Source of the DNA: an uncultured Candidatus Binatia bacterium
GTDB lineage: Bacteria > Desulfobacterota > Binatia > UBA9968 > CAXXLF01
Direction: 5' to 3'
Assembly: GCA_965218425.1 (NCBI GenBank)
Contig: OZ244621.1
Coordinates: forward strand, 4,128,001-4,192,000
DNA: 64,000 nt
Each line of letters begins with the position of its first letter. Position 1 is the stretch's first letter. The notes under the pieces were generated by a model, which saw only the letters and a program-made list of their open reading frames with translations, was not told the origin of the DNA and did not search any database. A program made the translations under genes and the position numbers. Below, in pieces: positions 20,026-30,503 of the stretch.

Positions 20026-20403
20026 TCAATCGAAAGGAAGCCCTCTTTTTTTCAGTTCCTGAGCCAGTGCCTGGCTGCCCCGCCACAGTACGGGAACTCC
20101 TGCATTAATAGCCGCGGCTTCGTAAAATTCCAGGACCTCCCTGGGTTTCGCCCCATAATCCAGGGCCTTGGCCATGTGTCTGACCATACCGCCCCAACTC
20201 CGCTGGGCGGCAGCGCAAACCATGATCACGAGCTCTTTGGTAGCACGGGACACGGCCCCGTCGTCACGTCCCAAGACCGCGTCCCCATAGAATGCCTTGA
20301 TACCTTCCAGGCATTTAGGATCGTGACGCCTCATGAGCTCGACTCCCGAGTCATCACCCTCTCCACGAATCTTGAGCAACTCCTGGTATTCAGAATCTTC
20401 CAT
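20026..20403 (-). CDS. Carboxymuconolactone decarboxylase (CMD/AhpD) family
   Basis: GAVSRATKELVI...RHMAKALDYGAKPREVLE...AGVP. Confidence 0.8.
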   Translation of the reverse strand: MEDSEYQELLKIRGEGDDSGVELMRRHDPKCLEGIKAFYGDAVLGRDDGAVSRATKELVIMVCAAAQRSWGGMVRHMAKALDYGAKPREVLEFYEAAAINAGVPVLWRGSQALAQELKKRGLPFD

Positions 20404-20495
20404 TCAAACTCTCCTTATTTGAAACTCAATGAAGTGGCGAAATTCTGTGCACCGCGCCAAACCCTTCGACCCCAGTCATCATTCATGTCACAGAG

Positions 20496-21506
20496 CTAGA
20501 TGGAGGCCAACTCCGGCATTACCTGTCGAGTGAAGAGCTCAACCGAATGAAGGGCTTCACTAGTGGAGAGATCACCGAAGGCGAATTGTCCCACCACATA
20601 GTTAGCCGCTGATTCTGTTAGCTGCGAGCGCAAAAAAGCACTTACGGTTTTCGGACTGCCGGCGACACCAAGACCGGCGTCCATGAGCAGATCAAAATCG
20701 GGTGGTCGGGGGTGGTTCGGTCGGCTGCCGTGAGCATTGTACAAATGATTGAAACTCCGATGCCACTTTACGTAGGCGCGTCGGGCCATGACCAGGCCCT
20801 CACCATCACTTTCGGCAACAACGATGAAACGACCAATACCCATCTTCAGCATAGCCTGGTTTTCCCCTCGGGCCTCTCTCCGGACCTCACCATACCGATC
20901 GGTGAAACCGCGTGTTTTCAGAGCCGTGTCGAGGCTCATGATATGGAGTCCGTTACGCGCGGCCCGTTCGGCACTCTCAATAGAGTGGACACCGTACCAG
21001 ATGGGCGGGTGGGGTTTTTGCAGCGGCTCGAGTTCCATGGGAACGTTTTCAAAAGAGAAAAACTCACCCTTATAATTGAGGGACCTCTCAGCCAGGCCCC
21101 GCAGGATCAACTCTACCCCCTCGCCGTATATTCCTTGCGATTGGGCGGGACTCTGTCCGTAAAGCCCAATCTCAATGGGTGAAGCGCCTCGGCCGAAACC
21201 CATCTCCAGCCGCCCGCCGCTCATCTGATCCAGCATGCAGATTTCCTCAATAAGCCGCAGCGGATGATAAAACGGTAGTGCATAAACCATTGGGCCAAAG
21301 CGGAGCCGCTTTGTGCGTTGGCCCACGGCAGCGAGAAATACGCTGGGGGACGGAGCCATGCCGAGGGGAGTCGAATGATGCTCCGCCACATGGTAGGCGT
21401 AGAACCCCCCGCGATCATAGGCCTCGATGATCTGGAGGCGTTCCTCGTAGTACTCTTTCAAGGGCAGATCACCGCGGTCCAAATGATCGAATACACCGAA
21501 TTCCAT
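20496..21506 (-). CDS. LLM-class flavin-dependent monooxygenase
   Basis: VAEHHSTP, HPLRLIEEICMLDQMSGGRLEMGFGRG, PLQKPHPPIW. Confidence 0.92.
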   Translation of the reverse strand: MEFGVFDHLDRGDLPLKEYYEERLQIIEAYDRGGFYAYHVAEHHSTPLGMAPSPSVFLAAVGQRTKRLRFGPMVYALPFYHPLRLIEEICMLDQMSGGRLEMGFGRGASPIEIGLYGQSPAQSQGIYGEGVELILRGLAERSLNYKGEFFSFENVPMELEPLQKPHPPIWYGVHSIESAERAARNGLHIMSLDTALKTRGFTDRYGEVRREARGENQAMLKMGIGRFIVVAESDGEGLVMARRAYVKWHRSFNHLYNAHGSRPNHPRPPDFDLLMDAGLGVAGSPKTVSAFLRSQLTESAANYVVGQFAFGDLSTSEALHSVELFTRQVMPELASI

Positions 21507-21683
21507 TTTTCCTTACACACTCCGTCACCGACCGGAGAATGCTATACGATTTGAGGGGTTTTTTACAAGGACGAATAAAATCCTCACACTCATACTTCTG
21601 CACTCCGAAACTGGAACTGCCGCGACTCGCCTGTTAATAGGTATTGATAGCTATTACAAATTTCCATGGAGAGGAGAGCTCAA

Positions 21684-22403
21684 ATGCTCTACGAGTTGTA
21701 TTACTGGCCCGGCATACAGGGCCGTGGAGAGTTTGTGCGACTTTCCCTTGAAGATGCAGGCGCGGACTACGTGGACGTGGCCCGTGATCCCAGGCGCGGC
21801 GTTGCTGCCCTGGGAAAGTTTATGGGAGACGCCTCCGAGACCCACCCGCCCTTCGCGCCGCCTTTCTTGAAGGCGGGCAAGCTAGTGATTAGCCAAACCA
21901 CGAACATCCTGATGTTCCTCGGGCCGCGTATAGGTCTGGTACCTAAAAGCGAAGCAGGTAGACTGTGGGCTAACCAACTCCAGCTCACCATCGCCGATTG
22001 GCTCTTGGAGGTCCATAATGCCCATCATCCCATGGCCGGGAGCCTCTACTACGAGGATCAGAGAGGGGAGGCGAGCCGACGCTCGGCCATCTTCAGGACC
22101 GAACGCTTGCCGAAGTACCTTGCCTACTTCGAGGAGGTGCTCAAACGAAACTCAAAGGGGCACGCTTTTATTCTGGGCAAAGGGATGTCCAACGTCGACT
22201 TGTCGCTATTTCAGATGATGGCAGGCCTGCGCTATTCGTTCCCGCAAGTGATGGAGAGGCTAGAACCGAGCTACCCCAGATTGGTTACGCTGCACGACCG
22301 CGTATCTGGCCGTCCACGGACGGCAGCCTATTTATCCTCGGACCGGCGCGTGCCGTTCAACCAACAGGGTATTTTTCGACACTACCCCGAGCTAGACGAA
22401 TAG
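21684..22403 (+). CDS. Glutathione S-transferase
   Basis: LYYWPGIQGRGEFVRL, FAPPFL, ISQT, VDLSLFQ. Confidence 0.9.
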   Translation: MLYELYYWPGIQGRGEFVRLSLEDAGADYVDVARDPRRGVAALGKFMGDASETHPPFAPPFLKAGKLVISQTTNILMFLGPRIGLVPKSEAGRLWANQLQLTIADWLLEVHNAHHPMAGSLYYEDQRGEASRRSAIFRTERLPKYLAYFEEVLKRNSKGHAFILGKGMSNVDLSLFQMMAGLRYSFPQVMERLEPSYPRLVTLHDRVSGRPRTAAYLSSDRRVPFNQQGIFRHYPELDE

Positions 22404-22829
22404 ACATCCACCTATCGCGTCAATGACTCAATCCGAATCGAAGTCATTCTCTTCCTCTTCCGCCTCCGGCCCATGGCGGGCGCCAGGGAGGTGCAGGGGG
22501 TTCCTGCTGCAACCTGCGTCAGAACAAAGTAGCTTTGGTCGGAGTCTGGCATGACCTGCGGTGTCCGTTTCAAGAGATTCGGCTTGGCACCGAGGCCCCC
22601 GGAAAAGATCAAGGCCCTTCAGCAAGATAACTTTTCCATCACTGACGCCACCCTTACCTGGTTCTCATATGAGATCAACGGGAATTACCTGATTGACCCC
22701 CTTACCGGACACGGGATAATTCGGAATCTGCTTCTGTAAACCCTCATCCGCCTGTCTTTATTCCCGTCATTCATCAAGGGGATTTGCTCTCTACGTTTTT
22801 GCTTTTTTACTTTTTCCGTTTTACTTGCT

Positions 22830-23873
22830 TTAAATCTCCAACACTACCCGACCATGGATAGCCCCCGCCTGCAATTCGTCAAGGGTTCGATTCACCTCTG
22901 ACAGGGGCCGTTCCTCCACCGGAATGGGCTGGAGCTTTCCTTCGCGCGCAAGGGCGATTACTGAATTTAACTCGGCCAGGGATCCCAGGTGGGAACCCTG
23001 GATCGTAAGGGCACGTTGGATAGCGGCAACAAGGGACACTGGTATCTCACCGCCGTACAGACCCACGAGAATCAGCCGGCCGCCCTTTCGCAGAGCCCCC
23101 AGGGCAAGGCTCGCCGTGCTACCGGTACCAACCAGATCAATGGCGCCGTATATGGGACCTCCCGCGATCCGCTGGATTTCTTTCGAGGCCTCGGGCTTGC
23201 GCGCGTCAACGGTTGCCGCCACACCCGCTGCCTTCAATTTCGTTCTGTCGATGTCAACAGCGATGATTCGTTCGTGGCCAATGGCCCGCAATACGGCAAT
23301 GGCCATTAGCCCAAGCCCACCGAGGCCGATCACCGCGACCCATTCCTGGAGTGGCAGAGGAGCCAACTTCGACACGGCTGAATAGCTGGCCAGTCCCGAG
23401 CAAGACAGGGTTGCCGCCCATGCGGGATCGGCACCACCTGTGTCCATGAGATACCGCGGGTGGGGAACAAGTAAATAATCCGCATAGGCCCCGGGACGCT
23501 GAAGCCCGATATAGCGCGGCGTCATACAGTGGTTGTCCATGCCCTCGCGGCAGCGAGCGCAGTGGCCACATCCTGTCCAGGGATACACGAGACGATCTGC
23601 TCCAATGGGGACATTCCCTGCTTCAGGCCCCGCCGCGACAATGGTACCGTAGGGCTCATGCCCGAGGGTTGCGGGCAAGGCTATTCCGCGCTCACTCATG
23701 TGCATGCGCTTGCCGCCTCCGAGCTCAAAGTGACCTTGCCGAACATGCACGTCACTATGGCACACTCCGCAATACTTGAGTCGCAGGAGCACCTCGGTAC
23801 CACGAGGACTCGGATTTTCACGCTCCGCCCGCTGCAGTGGCATGCCCCATCCTATAACATCGTAGCTCAGCAT
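22830..23873 (-). CDS. Zn-dependent alcohol dehydrogenase
   Basis: CGVCHSD, GHE, CGHCARC..C, GLGGLG. Confidence 0.92.
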   Translation of the reverse strand: MLSYDVIGWGMPLQRAERENPSPRGTEVLLRLKYCGVCHSDVHVRQGHFELGGGKRMHMSERGIALPATLGHEPYGTIVAAGPEAGNVPIGADRLVYPWTGCGHCARCREGMDNHCMTPRYIGLQRPGAYADYLLVPHPRYLMDTGGADPAWAATLSCSGLASYSAVSKLAPLPLQEWVAVIGLGGLGLMAIAVLRAIGHERIIAVDIDRTKLKAAGVAATVDARKPEASKEIQRIAGGPIYGAIDLVGTGSTASLALGALRKGGRLILVGLYGGEIPVSLVAAIQRALTIQGSHLGSLAELNSVIALAREGKLQPIPVEERPLSEVNRTLDELQAGAIHGRVVLEI

Positions 23874-23963
23874 CCGACTCCGCTCCTGTGGTAATGGGAC
23901 CAAAACTCTTCTTCGGCTAGGAGAGGTCTGAAACGATTCGATCCAATACGCGCGGTACGGGGT

Positions 23964-25052
23964 TTACATGGGTTGCGGTATGCTGATGTTATAGAGTCGT
24001 GCTACGTTTTTGCGCACTAGCTTTGCGCGTGCTTCGGAGGGCAGATTTCCCATGTCCCTGGCCACGATCTCACGGGAGTGGGGCCAGGTGGAGTTCCCAT
24101 GGGGGTAGTCATTGGACCACATGCAGTTATCCACCCCCCACCATGACAGCATGTGTCCCCCCACCGCATCATTGAAAAAGGTGGCATAGACTTGCCGGTG
24201 AAAGTACTCACTGGGCAGCTTCGTTATGGACAGCGACGAGGACCGATTGCCGGCAAAGCGTTTGAAGTAATAATCCCACTGTTCGAGAACGAACGGGATC
24301 CACCCGATCTCGCTCTCCACGAGGACCATTTTTAGCCGGGGAAATCGCTCCAGGACTCCGCCATAGATAATATCGTACAACGTGTCCACGGTCTGGAAGA
24401 GCTTATGATTAACACTGCTCCGGTTTTGATCAATTCCGGGATCGCTCACTTGGGGGGCCACCTGGGTAAAGGAGCGGCTTTTGCTGTAGCCGTGGCCGCT
24501 CAGGATGTGAAGGTTAACCGGCATGTCCAGATCTTGAGCTGTGGCCCAGAAGCGCTCATAGTGCTTCGAGGTGAACGATAGGCCCGGTGCCGGAATTTGC
24601 CAGATCACTACCCCGCGCAGGCCAGCTTTACGGCAGCGTTCCATCTCCCGGATTGCGCCTTCGATGTCGTGCACTACGAGCATCGCGTTGCCAATCAGGC
24701 GGTCCGGCGCAGCCTGGCAGTAGTCAATGAGCCAGTCATTGTAGACCCGGGCGCAGGCCTCTTCCAGGGGAGGATCGTCCAGGCTCAATGCCTTGAGACC
24801 ATGGGTGGGATAGAGGACCTCCGCGCTGACGCCGTCGGCGGCCATCTCTTTGACCCGTTCCGTTTTATCCATGGCGCCGGGGTGGTCGTTTTTTCTGCGA
24901 CCGCCGTAGTCGGGTGCGCGGTCCTGGAAGACCTTAGGAAGGTTTTTCCGCCAGAGGCCTTCAGGCTCGATGACATGGGAATCGGACGAGATTAGGATCT
25001 CATCAATGGCGGTCGTAGACTCCTGCCCGTAAGTGCGTTCCAATACGCTCAT
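23964..25052 (-). CDS. Amidohydrolase_2 family
   Basis: ISSDSHVIEP, EVLYPT, NLHI, VESEIGW, WSNDYPH. Confidence 0.9.
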   Translation of the reverse strand: MSVLERTYGQESTTAIDEILISSDSHVIEPEGLWRKNLPKVFQDRAPDYGGRRKNDHPGAMDKTERVKEMAADGVSAEVLYPTHGLKALSLDDPPLEEACARVYNDWLIDYCQAAPDRLIGNAMLVVHDIEGAIREMERCRKAGLRGVVIWQIPAPGLSFTSKHYERFWATAQDLDMPVNLHILSGHGYSKSRSFTQVAPQVSDPGIDQNRSSVNHKLFQTVDTLYDIIYGGVLERFPRLKMVLVESEIGWIPFVLEQWDYYFKRFAGNRSSSLSITKLPSEYFHRQVYATFFNDAVGGHMLSWWGVDNCMWSNDYPHGNSTWPHSREIVARDMGNLPSEARAKLVRKNVARLYNISIPQPM

Positions 25053-25073
25053 GGATTTAACTCCTTCCTGAAC

Positions 25074-25514
25074 CTATGCCCCGAAGAACTTTCCGGGTAG
25101 CGGGACACCTGGAATACGCTTGTTTTCCTCCGAGGTAAGCGGGCGGCCCTGGGCCCCCAAACGGTAATCGTCCCCTGGCTTTCTACCGGCCCCTACCCGG
25201 AGCAATACAAGGTTTTCATTGCCGGTGCTTTGAAAATAGTAATAGGAGCCTTTGGGCAGCAAGATGCCCTCGTATTTATTCACCACCCTGATGTTCCCCG
25301 CATTGTCATGGAATGTGGCTTGGCCTTGTAGAATGATAAATGAGTGGTCTTCGTCGAAGTGCGCGTGTAGCACATTCTCCCCACCCTCAGCGTACACCTT
25401 GACCCGAACCTTGAGCAGATCCGTCCCGGCTACAGGTGTATTGGTCTGCCCAGCGCAGAGCAACGGCGTCTTGAGAGAGAAAACTTGCGCTTTGGGGTGG
25501 TCTTGAGTTTCCAT
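25074..25514 (-). CDS. Cupin domain protein
   Basis: GGENVLHAHFDEDHSFIILQG...LPKGSYYYF. ATG 25514 follows AGGAGG. Confidence 0.85.
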   Translation of the reverse strand: METQDHPKAQVFSLKTPLLCAGQTNTPVAGTDLLKVRVKVYAEGGENVLHAHFDEDHSFIILQGQATFHDNAGNIRVVNKYEGILLPKGSYYYFQSTGNENLVLLRVGAGRKPGDDYRLGAQGRPLTSEENKRIPGVPLPGKFFGA

Positions 25515-25776
25515 AGTAACCTCCTGGCGTAATATATGCCTAAGGCCCTGTCGGGTCAAACCTTAGGCGGAAGAAGCCACAAATACATTTGGGATTCCCG
25601 GGCTTGCAAATTGAGTCAGCCCCATTTATTTACCTAACGGTCGCTTCTTTTCGTTTGCAGGAAGAGGCGAATTCCCTACGATAATGAGCAAGGTTGTTCG
25701 GAAATCTGCGAGTCAGACCAATTCTTTTCAGACCGGGTTGTCAGGCCGGGCGTGTGCCGCGCCAGGTACCCTTTGC

Positions 25777-26550
25777 CTATTTGTGGCGGTCCAGAAAGTC
25801 CAGAACCATACGATTCCAGATCCCCGGTTGCTCCCAGAAGGCGGAATGGCCGGCTTCAGGAACCGTGACAAACTGGCAGTCAGGGACTCGATCTGCAAGC
25901 AGTCGCATGCGGGATGGTGGGGCAAGAAGGTCAACGTCGCCAGCAACCATGAGAGTGGGAACTCTCAGAGTTTCCAGAAGTGAGAAGGTCACATGGTTTC
26001 GCATCCGCTGCTCCACTCCTGGTTTTTGCCGGCTCCCGTGCTCGATCTCTAGCCATCGGCGAGTACCATCCGGCTCCACCGCACGGTAGGACGATCCCAG
26101 CTCTCGAAATTCAGGAGGAAACTCCCGAAAATTCGGCGGCTGAAGTCTCTTTCTAGTTTCAGAGTATTCCGTGTCTTGAATTCCTCCCCCGCTGCAGGCC
26201 ACCACAAGGCGCCATAGCCGCTGAGGATAGGTCAAGGCATAGTCCAGCGCCCCATATCCACCTCCCGCCGTGCCCACCAGATGAAAACGGTCAAGACCTA
26301 AATGTTCCACTAGGCCCTGGAGGTCATCGGTTACGTAGCCAGGTTGCTCGCCGGACGGGTCAGTTCGTGTGCGACCCCACCCGCGTCGGTCATAGGTGAT
26401 ACAGCGATAGCCCGCGCCAACAAACGCCGGCAGTTGGTGCTGCCAGCTCCGGGTGTTGCCGGTAAAGGCGTGCATGAAAATCACAGGAGTGCCGCCGCCA
26501 TCCGTGTCTTCGTACCAGATTTGAACTCCGGGAAGGTCCGCAATGGGCAT
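25777..26550 (-). CDS. Alpha/beta-hydrolase fold protein with atypical nucleophile elbow
   Basis: YDRRGWG, HLVGTAGGG, AGDVD, AGHSAFWEQP. Confidence 0.85.
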   Translation of the reverse strand: MPIADLPGVQIWYEDTDGGGTPVIFMHAFTGNTRSWQHQLPAFVGAGYRCITYDRRGWGRTRTDPSGEQPGYVTDDLQGLVEHLGLDRFHLVGTAGGGYGALDYALTYPQRLWRLVVACSGGGIQDTEYSETRKRLQPPNFREFPPEFRELGSSYRAVEPDGTRRWLEIEHGSRQKPGVEQRMRNHVTFSLLETLRVPTLMVAGDVDLLAPPSRMRLLADRVPDCQFVTVPEAGHSAFWEQPGIWNRMVLDFLDRHK

Positions 26551-26623
26551 GGCGACAGTCTAGCATCCAGGGTGACCCCTGGAAACTGAAACTTTGCTGG
26601 AAAATTTCCCTTCTGCCTTGGCC

Positions 26624-26652
26624 TTGACAATATGAAAAGCTTTCAATAGCTT
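26624..26652 (+). promoter_or_regulatory. sigma70-like promoter, TctC copy 1
   Basis: TTGACA-N17-TAGCTT. Confidence 0.55.
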
Positions 26653-26691
26653 GTCCCCCGAACATTAACATTGCGTGTCGAGGAGGTTATC

Positions 26692-27723
26692 ATGAATAGA
26701 ACCCCGAGCTTCGCAGTGGCACTCCTTTTTTTGACGGCCCTGCTCCCCGAGGGGGCCTTATCCGAAGAATCGTTTTTCAAAGGCAAAACCATACGTATCG
26801 TGGTGGGCTTCCCTCCGGGAGGCGGGTTTGACACCTTCTCGAGAGTTTTAGCCCGCCATCTCCCACGCTACATCCCAGGTAAACCTAGTATCATCGTGCA
26901 GAACATACCTGGAGGAGGAAGCATGGCTGCGGCAAATCGGGTCTACGCCATGCGGCCCGGAGACGGCCTCACCATGGTGGCTTTCATTTACGGAGTGGCC
27001 TTTCAGTATTTCATCGATGATCCAAAGGTGAAATTTGATCCTACGAAGTACCATTGGCTCGGAGAGCCAACGGTGGGATCGGTACCAACGACCCTCTTCG
27101 TTCGCACCGACCTGAAAATCCGCAACCTGGCGGATCTAAAGAAGCGAAAAAAGCCCGTGTTTCTGGCGGCATCTGCCCGTACCAACCTTGCCGGGATTGG
27201 AGCATATTATCTGAAATCCCTTGGATTACCTGTCGAACCCGTGCTTGGGTACGGAGGCTCAGCTCCCTCCTTTGCCGCCATAGAGCGCAAAGAAGCGGAT
27301 GGACGGATCTCGTCCCAAGAAAGCTTCCAAACTCGGTATCGCCGCTTCCTTGACGAAGGCATTTTACACCCCATCCTAGCCTTTGGCAGAGACCCCAGGG
27401 TCAAACATATCCCAGGGGTTGCCACCGAGAAGGACCTGAACCTGGATCGCAAAGAACAACAGTTCGTAAAATTTTTAATCAAGACCTGGCGGCATCTTCG
27501 GCTTTTCGCGATGCCACCCGGAGTTCCGCCAGAACGTCTAGCCACCATACGGAAGGCCTTCGACACGATGCTGACGGATCCCAAAGTGATCGAAGAGGGC
27601 AACCGGCAAGGGGTCAGGATTTCTCCTTCCTCGTGGCAAAAGATTGAACAGGACATCAAGGAGCTGTCTGAGGCACCTCCCTGGATCATCAAGAGATACA
27701 AGGACCTGGCCGGATTAAAATAG
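26692..27723 (+). CDS. Bug/TctC tripartite tricarboxylate transporter receptor, copy 1
   Basis: Signal peptide, FFKGKTIRIVVGFPPGGGFD, QNIPGGGS, PPGVPPER. Confidence 0.88.
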   Translation: MNRTPSFAVALLFLTALLPEGALSEESFFKGKTIRIVVGFPPGGGFDTFSRVLARHLPRYIPGKPSIIVQNIPGGGSMAAANRVYAMRPGDGLTMVAFIYGVAFQYFIDDPKVKFDPTKYHWLGEPTVGSVPTTLFVRTDLKIRNLADLKKRKKPVFLAASARTNLAGIGAYYLKSLGLPVEPVLGYGGSAPSFAAIERKEADGRISSQESFQTRYRRFLDEGILHPILAFGRDPRVKHIPGVATEKDLNLDRKEQQFVKFLIKTWRHLRLFAMPPGVPPERLATIRKAFDTMLTDPKVIEEGNRQGVRISPSSWQKIEQDIKELSEAPPWIIKRYKDLAGLK

Positions 27724-27888
27724 CAGGTACGGCTGGAGTTTAGTTCTTAAGATAGCCCGTTTCTTGGGTCTGACACCGAGTCGTGTTACGTCGATCAAGA
27801 ACTAGGATCCATAGACCCGACTCCGTGGACGACCTGCAGACGACTTTTGTATTAACCATAAAAGGGCTGCCTTTTCTCATACCTTAGG

Positions 27889-28070
27889 ACTCTATATGCG
27901 GGAGCGGAATCTCACCCCTTTGCCTTGACAATCACACGACCTTTCACTAATTTGTTCGCGGGATTTGACCTTATCAATCCATCGGGGAGGAAAAAATGAA
28001 TGCTTCCGCAAAATTGAATGTAGTGAGTTTGATACTGGCATTCTTCTTTTGGATGGCTCTTTTGCCTGAG
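27889..28070 (+). repeat. Duplicated promoter/5' segment of TctC copy 2 (near-identical to 29199-29380)
   Basis: Shared gaatctcacccctttgccttgacaatcacacgacctttcacta...ggaggaaaaaatgaatgcttccgc. TTGACA-N17-TAATTT at 27925-27953 and TTGACA-N17-TAGTTT at 29236-29264. Confidence 0.85.
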
Positions 28071-29042
28071 TCGGCCCAATCGGAGGAATCTTTTTTCAAA
28101 GGCAAAACCATACGAATCGTAGTGGGTTATCCCCCAGGAGGGGGTTTTGATACCTTCTCACGCATTTTAGCCAGGAATCTCCCGCGGTACATCCCGGGTA
28201 ATCCCAACACCATCGTCATGAACATGCCCGGGGCGGGAAGCATGGCGGCTGCAAACCGGGTCTATGCCATGCAGCCCGGAGATGGTCTTACTATAGTCGC
28301 CTTCATCTACGGAGCCGCATTTCAGTACTTTGTGGAAGACCCAAAGGTGAAATTTGACCCTACGAAGTACAAGTGGCTTGGAGAGCCTACCGTTGGGTCG
28401 GTTCCAGCGACACTTTTTATTCGGACCGACCTGCCCATTCGTAACTTCAAAGATCTGAAGAATAGCAAGAAGCCCGTATTCCTGGGTGGATCCGGTCGTG
28501 GCAACCTTGCCAGCATAGGTCCGCATTTCCTGAAATCCATCGGTTTACCCATTAAGCCCGTGCTTGGCTATGGAGGGTCCGCGCCGGTCTTTGCAGCCAT
28601 AGAGCGTAAAGAGGTGGATGGGCGGTTTACTGCTCAAGAAAGCGTGCAGACACGTTACCGTCGATTCCTCGATGAAGGCATCCTGCGCCCTATTTTGGCC
28701 TTCGGAAGCGATCCCAGGGTCAAGGATTTCCCTGGAATCGCGACCGTCGACGACCTCAACCTCGATCGTGGGCAACGGGAGCTAGCGGAATTCTTGATTA
28801 AGACCTGGCGGCATCTTCGGCTTTTCGCGATTCCACCCGGTGTACCGCCTGAGCGTCTGGCAATCCTACGAAAGGCTTTTGACAGGATGCTGAAGGACCC
28901 GAAGGTAATCCGAGATGGTGATAGGCAAGGGGTCAGAGTGTCTCCCACTTCGTGGAAGACCATTGAAGCAAACATCAAGGAACTGTCTGAAGCCCCTCCC
29001 AAGATCATTGAACAATACAAGGAGTTAGCCGGGTTGAAATAG
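27996..29042 (+). CDS. Bug/TctC receptor, copy 2
   Basis: Same motifs as copy 1. Confidence 0.88.
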   Translation: MNASAKLNVVSLILAFFFWMALLPESAQSEESFFKGKTIRIVVGYPPGGGFDTFSRILARNLPRYIPGNPNTIVMNMPGAGSMAAANRVYAMQPGDGLTIVAFIYGAAFQYFVEDPKVKFDPTKYKWLGEPTVGSVPATLFIRTDLPIRNFKDLKNSKKPVFLGGSGRGNLASIGPHFLKSIGLPIKPVLGYGGSAPVFAAIERKEVDGRFTAQESVQTRYRRFLDEGILRPILAFGSDPRVKDFPGIATVDDLNLDRGQRELAEFLIKTWRHLRLFAIPPGVPPERLAILRKAFDRMLKDPKVIRDGDRQGVRVSPTSWKTIEANIKELSEAPPKIIEQYKELAGLK

Positions 29043-29305
29043 GATTTAGGGCTGGACACCATCTCCAGGACAGCCCGTTTTGTTGGTCCCAAGGCAAGTC
29101 TGTTTCGTGCCGATCAAAAACTAGGATCAACGAACCTGACTCCATCGAACCCAACGACAACCTTTTTTTAAAGAAGGAGTGGCCTTTCTTTTCCCTTGGA
29201 CTCTATAGCCGGGAGCAGAATCTCACCCCTTTGCCTTGACAATCACACGACCTTTCACTAGTTTGTTCGCGGGTTTAACTTTATCAATCCATTAGGGAGG
29301 AAAAA

Positions 29306-30352
29306 ATGAATGCTTCCGCGAAATTGAATGTGGTGAGTTTGATACTGGCACTCTTCTTTTGGATGGCTCTTTTGCCTGAGCCGGTCGCAGCTGAAGAATC
29401 TTTCTACAAAGGCAAAACCGTACGTATCGTGGTGGGCTTTCCTCCGGGAGGTGGTTTTGATACCTTCTCACGCATTTTAGCCAGGCATCTCCCACATTAC
29501 CTCCCAGGTAATCCCAGCACTCTCGTTCAAAACATGCCCGGAGCGGCGAGCCTGGCAGCCGCGAACAGGGTATATACCATGCAGCCTGGAGATGGTCTCA
29601 CTATAGTCAATTTCATCTACCAGAACGTTTTCCAGTACTTTCTGGGAGATCCAACGGTGAAATTTGACCCGAGGAAGTACAAATTCCTTGGCGAACCAAC
29701 CATCGGGTCAGTTCCCACGACGCTATTTGTTCGGACCGATTTGCCTATTCGTAACTTCAAAGATCTGAAGAATAGCAAGAAGACAGTATTCCTGGGTGGA
29801 TCGGCTCGTAGTGGGCTTACCGGGGTGGGGCCAGCGTTTCTCGAATCCATTGGACTACCCATTAAATCCGTGCTTGGCTATGGAGGTTCCGCGCCGGTCT
29901 TCGCGGCCATAGAGCGAAAAGAGGTGGACGGACGGTTTACTTCTCAGGAAAGCGTGCAGACCCGTTACCGTCGATTCCTCGATGAAGGCATGCTACGCCC
30001 CATTTTGTCCTTTGGAAGTGACCCAAGGGTCACACCCATCCCGGGGGTCGCAACCCTGGACGACCTTGGACTCGACGGTGAGCAACGGAGGCTAGCGGAA
30101 TTCTTGATTAACAGCTGGAGACACCTTCGGCTATACGCCGTGCCACCTGGAGTACCGCCTGAGCGCCTGGCACTCCTACGGGAGGCATTTGACAAAATGC
30201 TGAAAGCCCCCAAGGTAATCAAAGATGGTGAGAGACAAGGCGTCAGGGTCTCTCCCACTTCGTGGCAGAAAATCGAAGCGAACATCAAGGATATGGCCGA
30301 GGCCCCTCGCGACATGATCAGAAAATACAAGAAATTGGCAGGGATAAATTAA
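29306..30352 (+). CDS. Bug/TctC receptor, copy 3
   Basis: Same motifs; signal peptide almost identical to copy 2. Confidence 0.88.
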   Translation: MNASAKLNVVSLILALFFWMALLPEPVAAEESFYKGKTVRIVVGFPPGGGFDTFSRILARHLPHYLPGNPSTLVQNMPGAASLAAANRVYTMQPGDGLTIVNFIYQNVFQYFLGDPTVKFDPRKYKFLGEPTIGSVPTTLFVRTDLPIRNFKDLKNSKKTVFLGGSARSGLTGVGPAFLESIGLPIKSVLGYGGSAPVFAAIERKEVDGRFTSQESVQTRYRRFLDEGMLRPILSFGSDPRVTPIPGVATLDDLGLDGEQRRLAEFLINSWRHLRLYAVPPGVPPERLALLREAFDKMLKAPKVIKDGERQGVRVSPTSWQKIEANIKDMAEAPRDMIRKYKKLAGIN

Positions 30353-30503
30353 CAGGTACGGCCGGACATTAACCTTAGAGACCGCCGGTTTCCTAGGCCT
30401 GGATACTGCTCCAAAGACGCACCGGAATCCCTCAACTAGACGCTGCCCCATAATGACCAAAAAGGTCAGTGACGGTTTTCTGTCACGCATAGGAGGAGAT
30501 TAC

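Noticed and set aside
22412..22640. Minus-strand ATG GAA AAG TTA TCT TGC TGA (a CU motif) as another selenoprotein
   Set aside because: No recognisable fold, no matching hairpin at +20, and competing short frames; unsupported.
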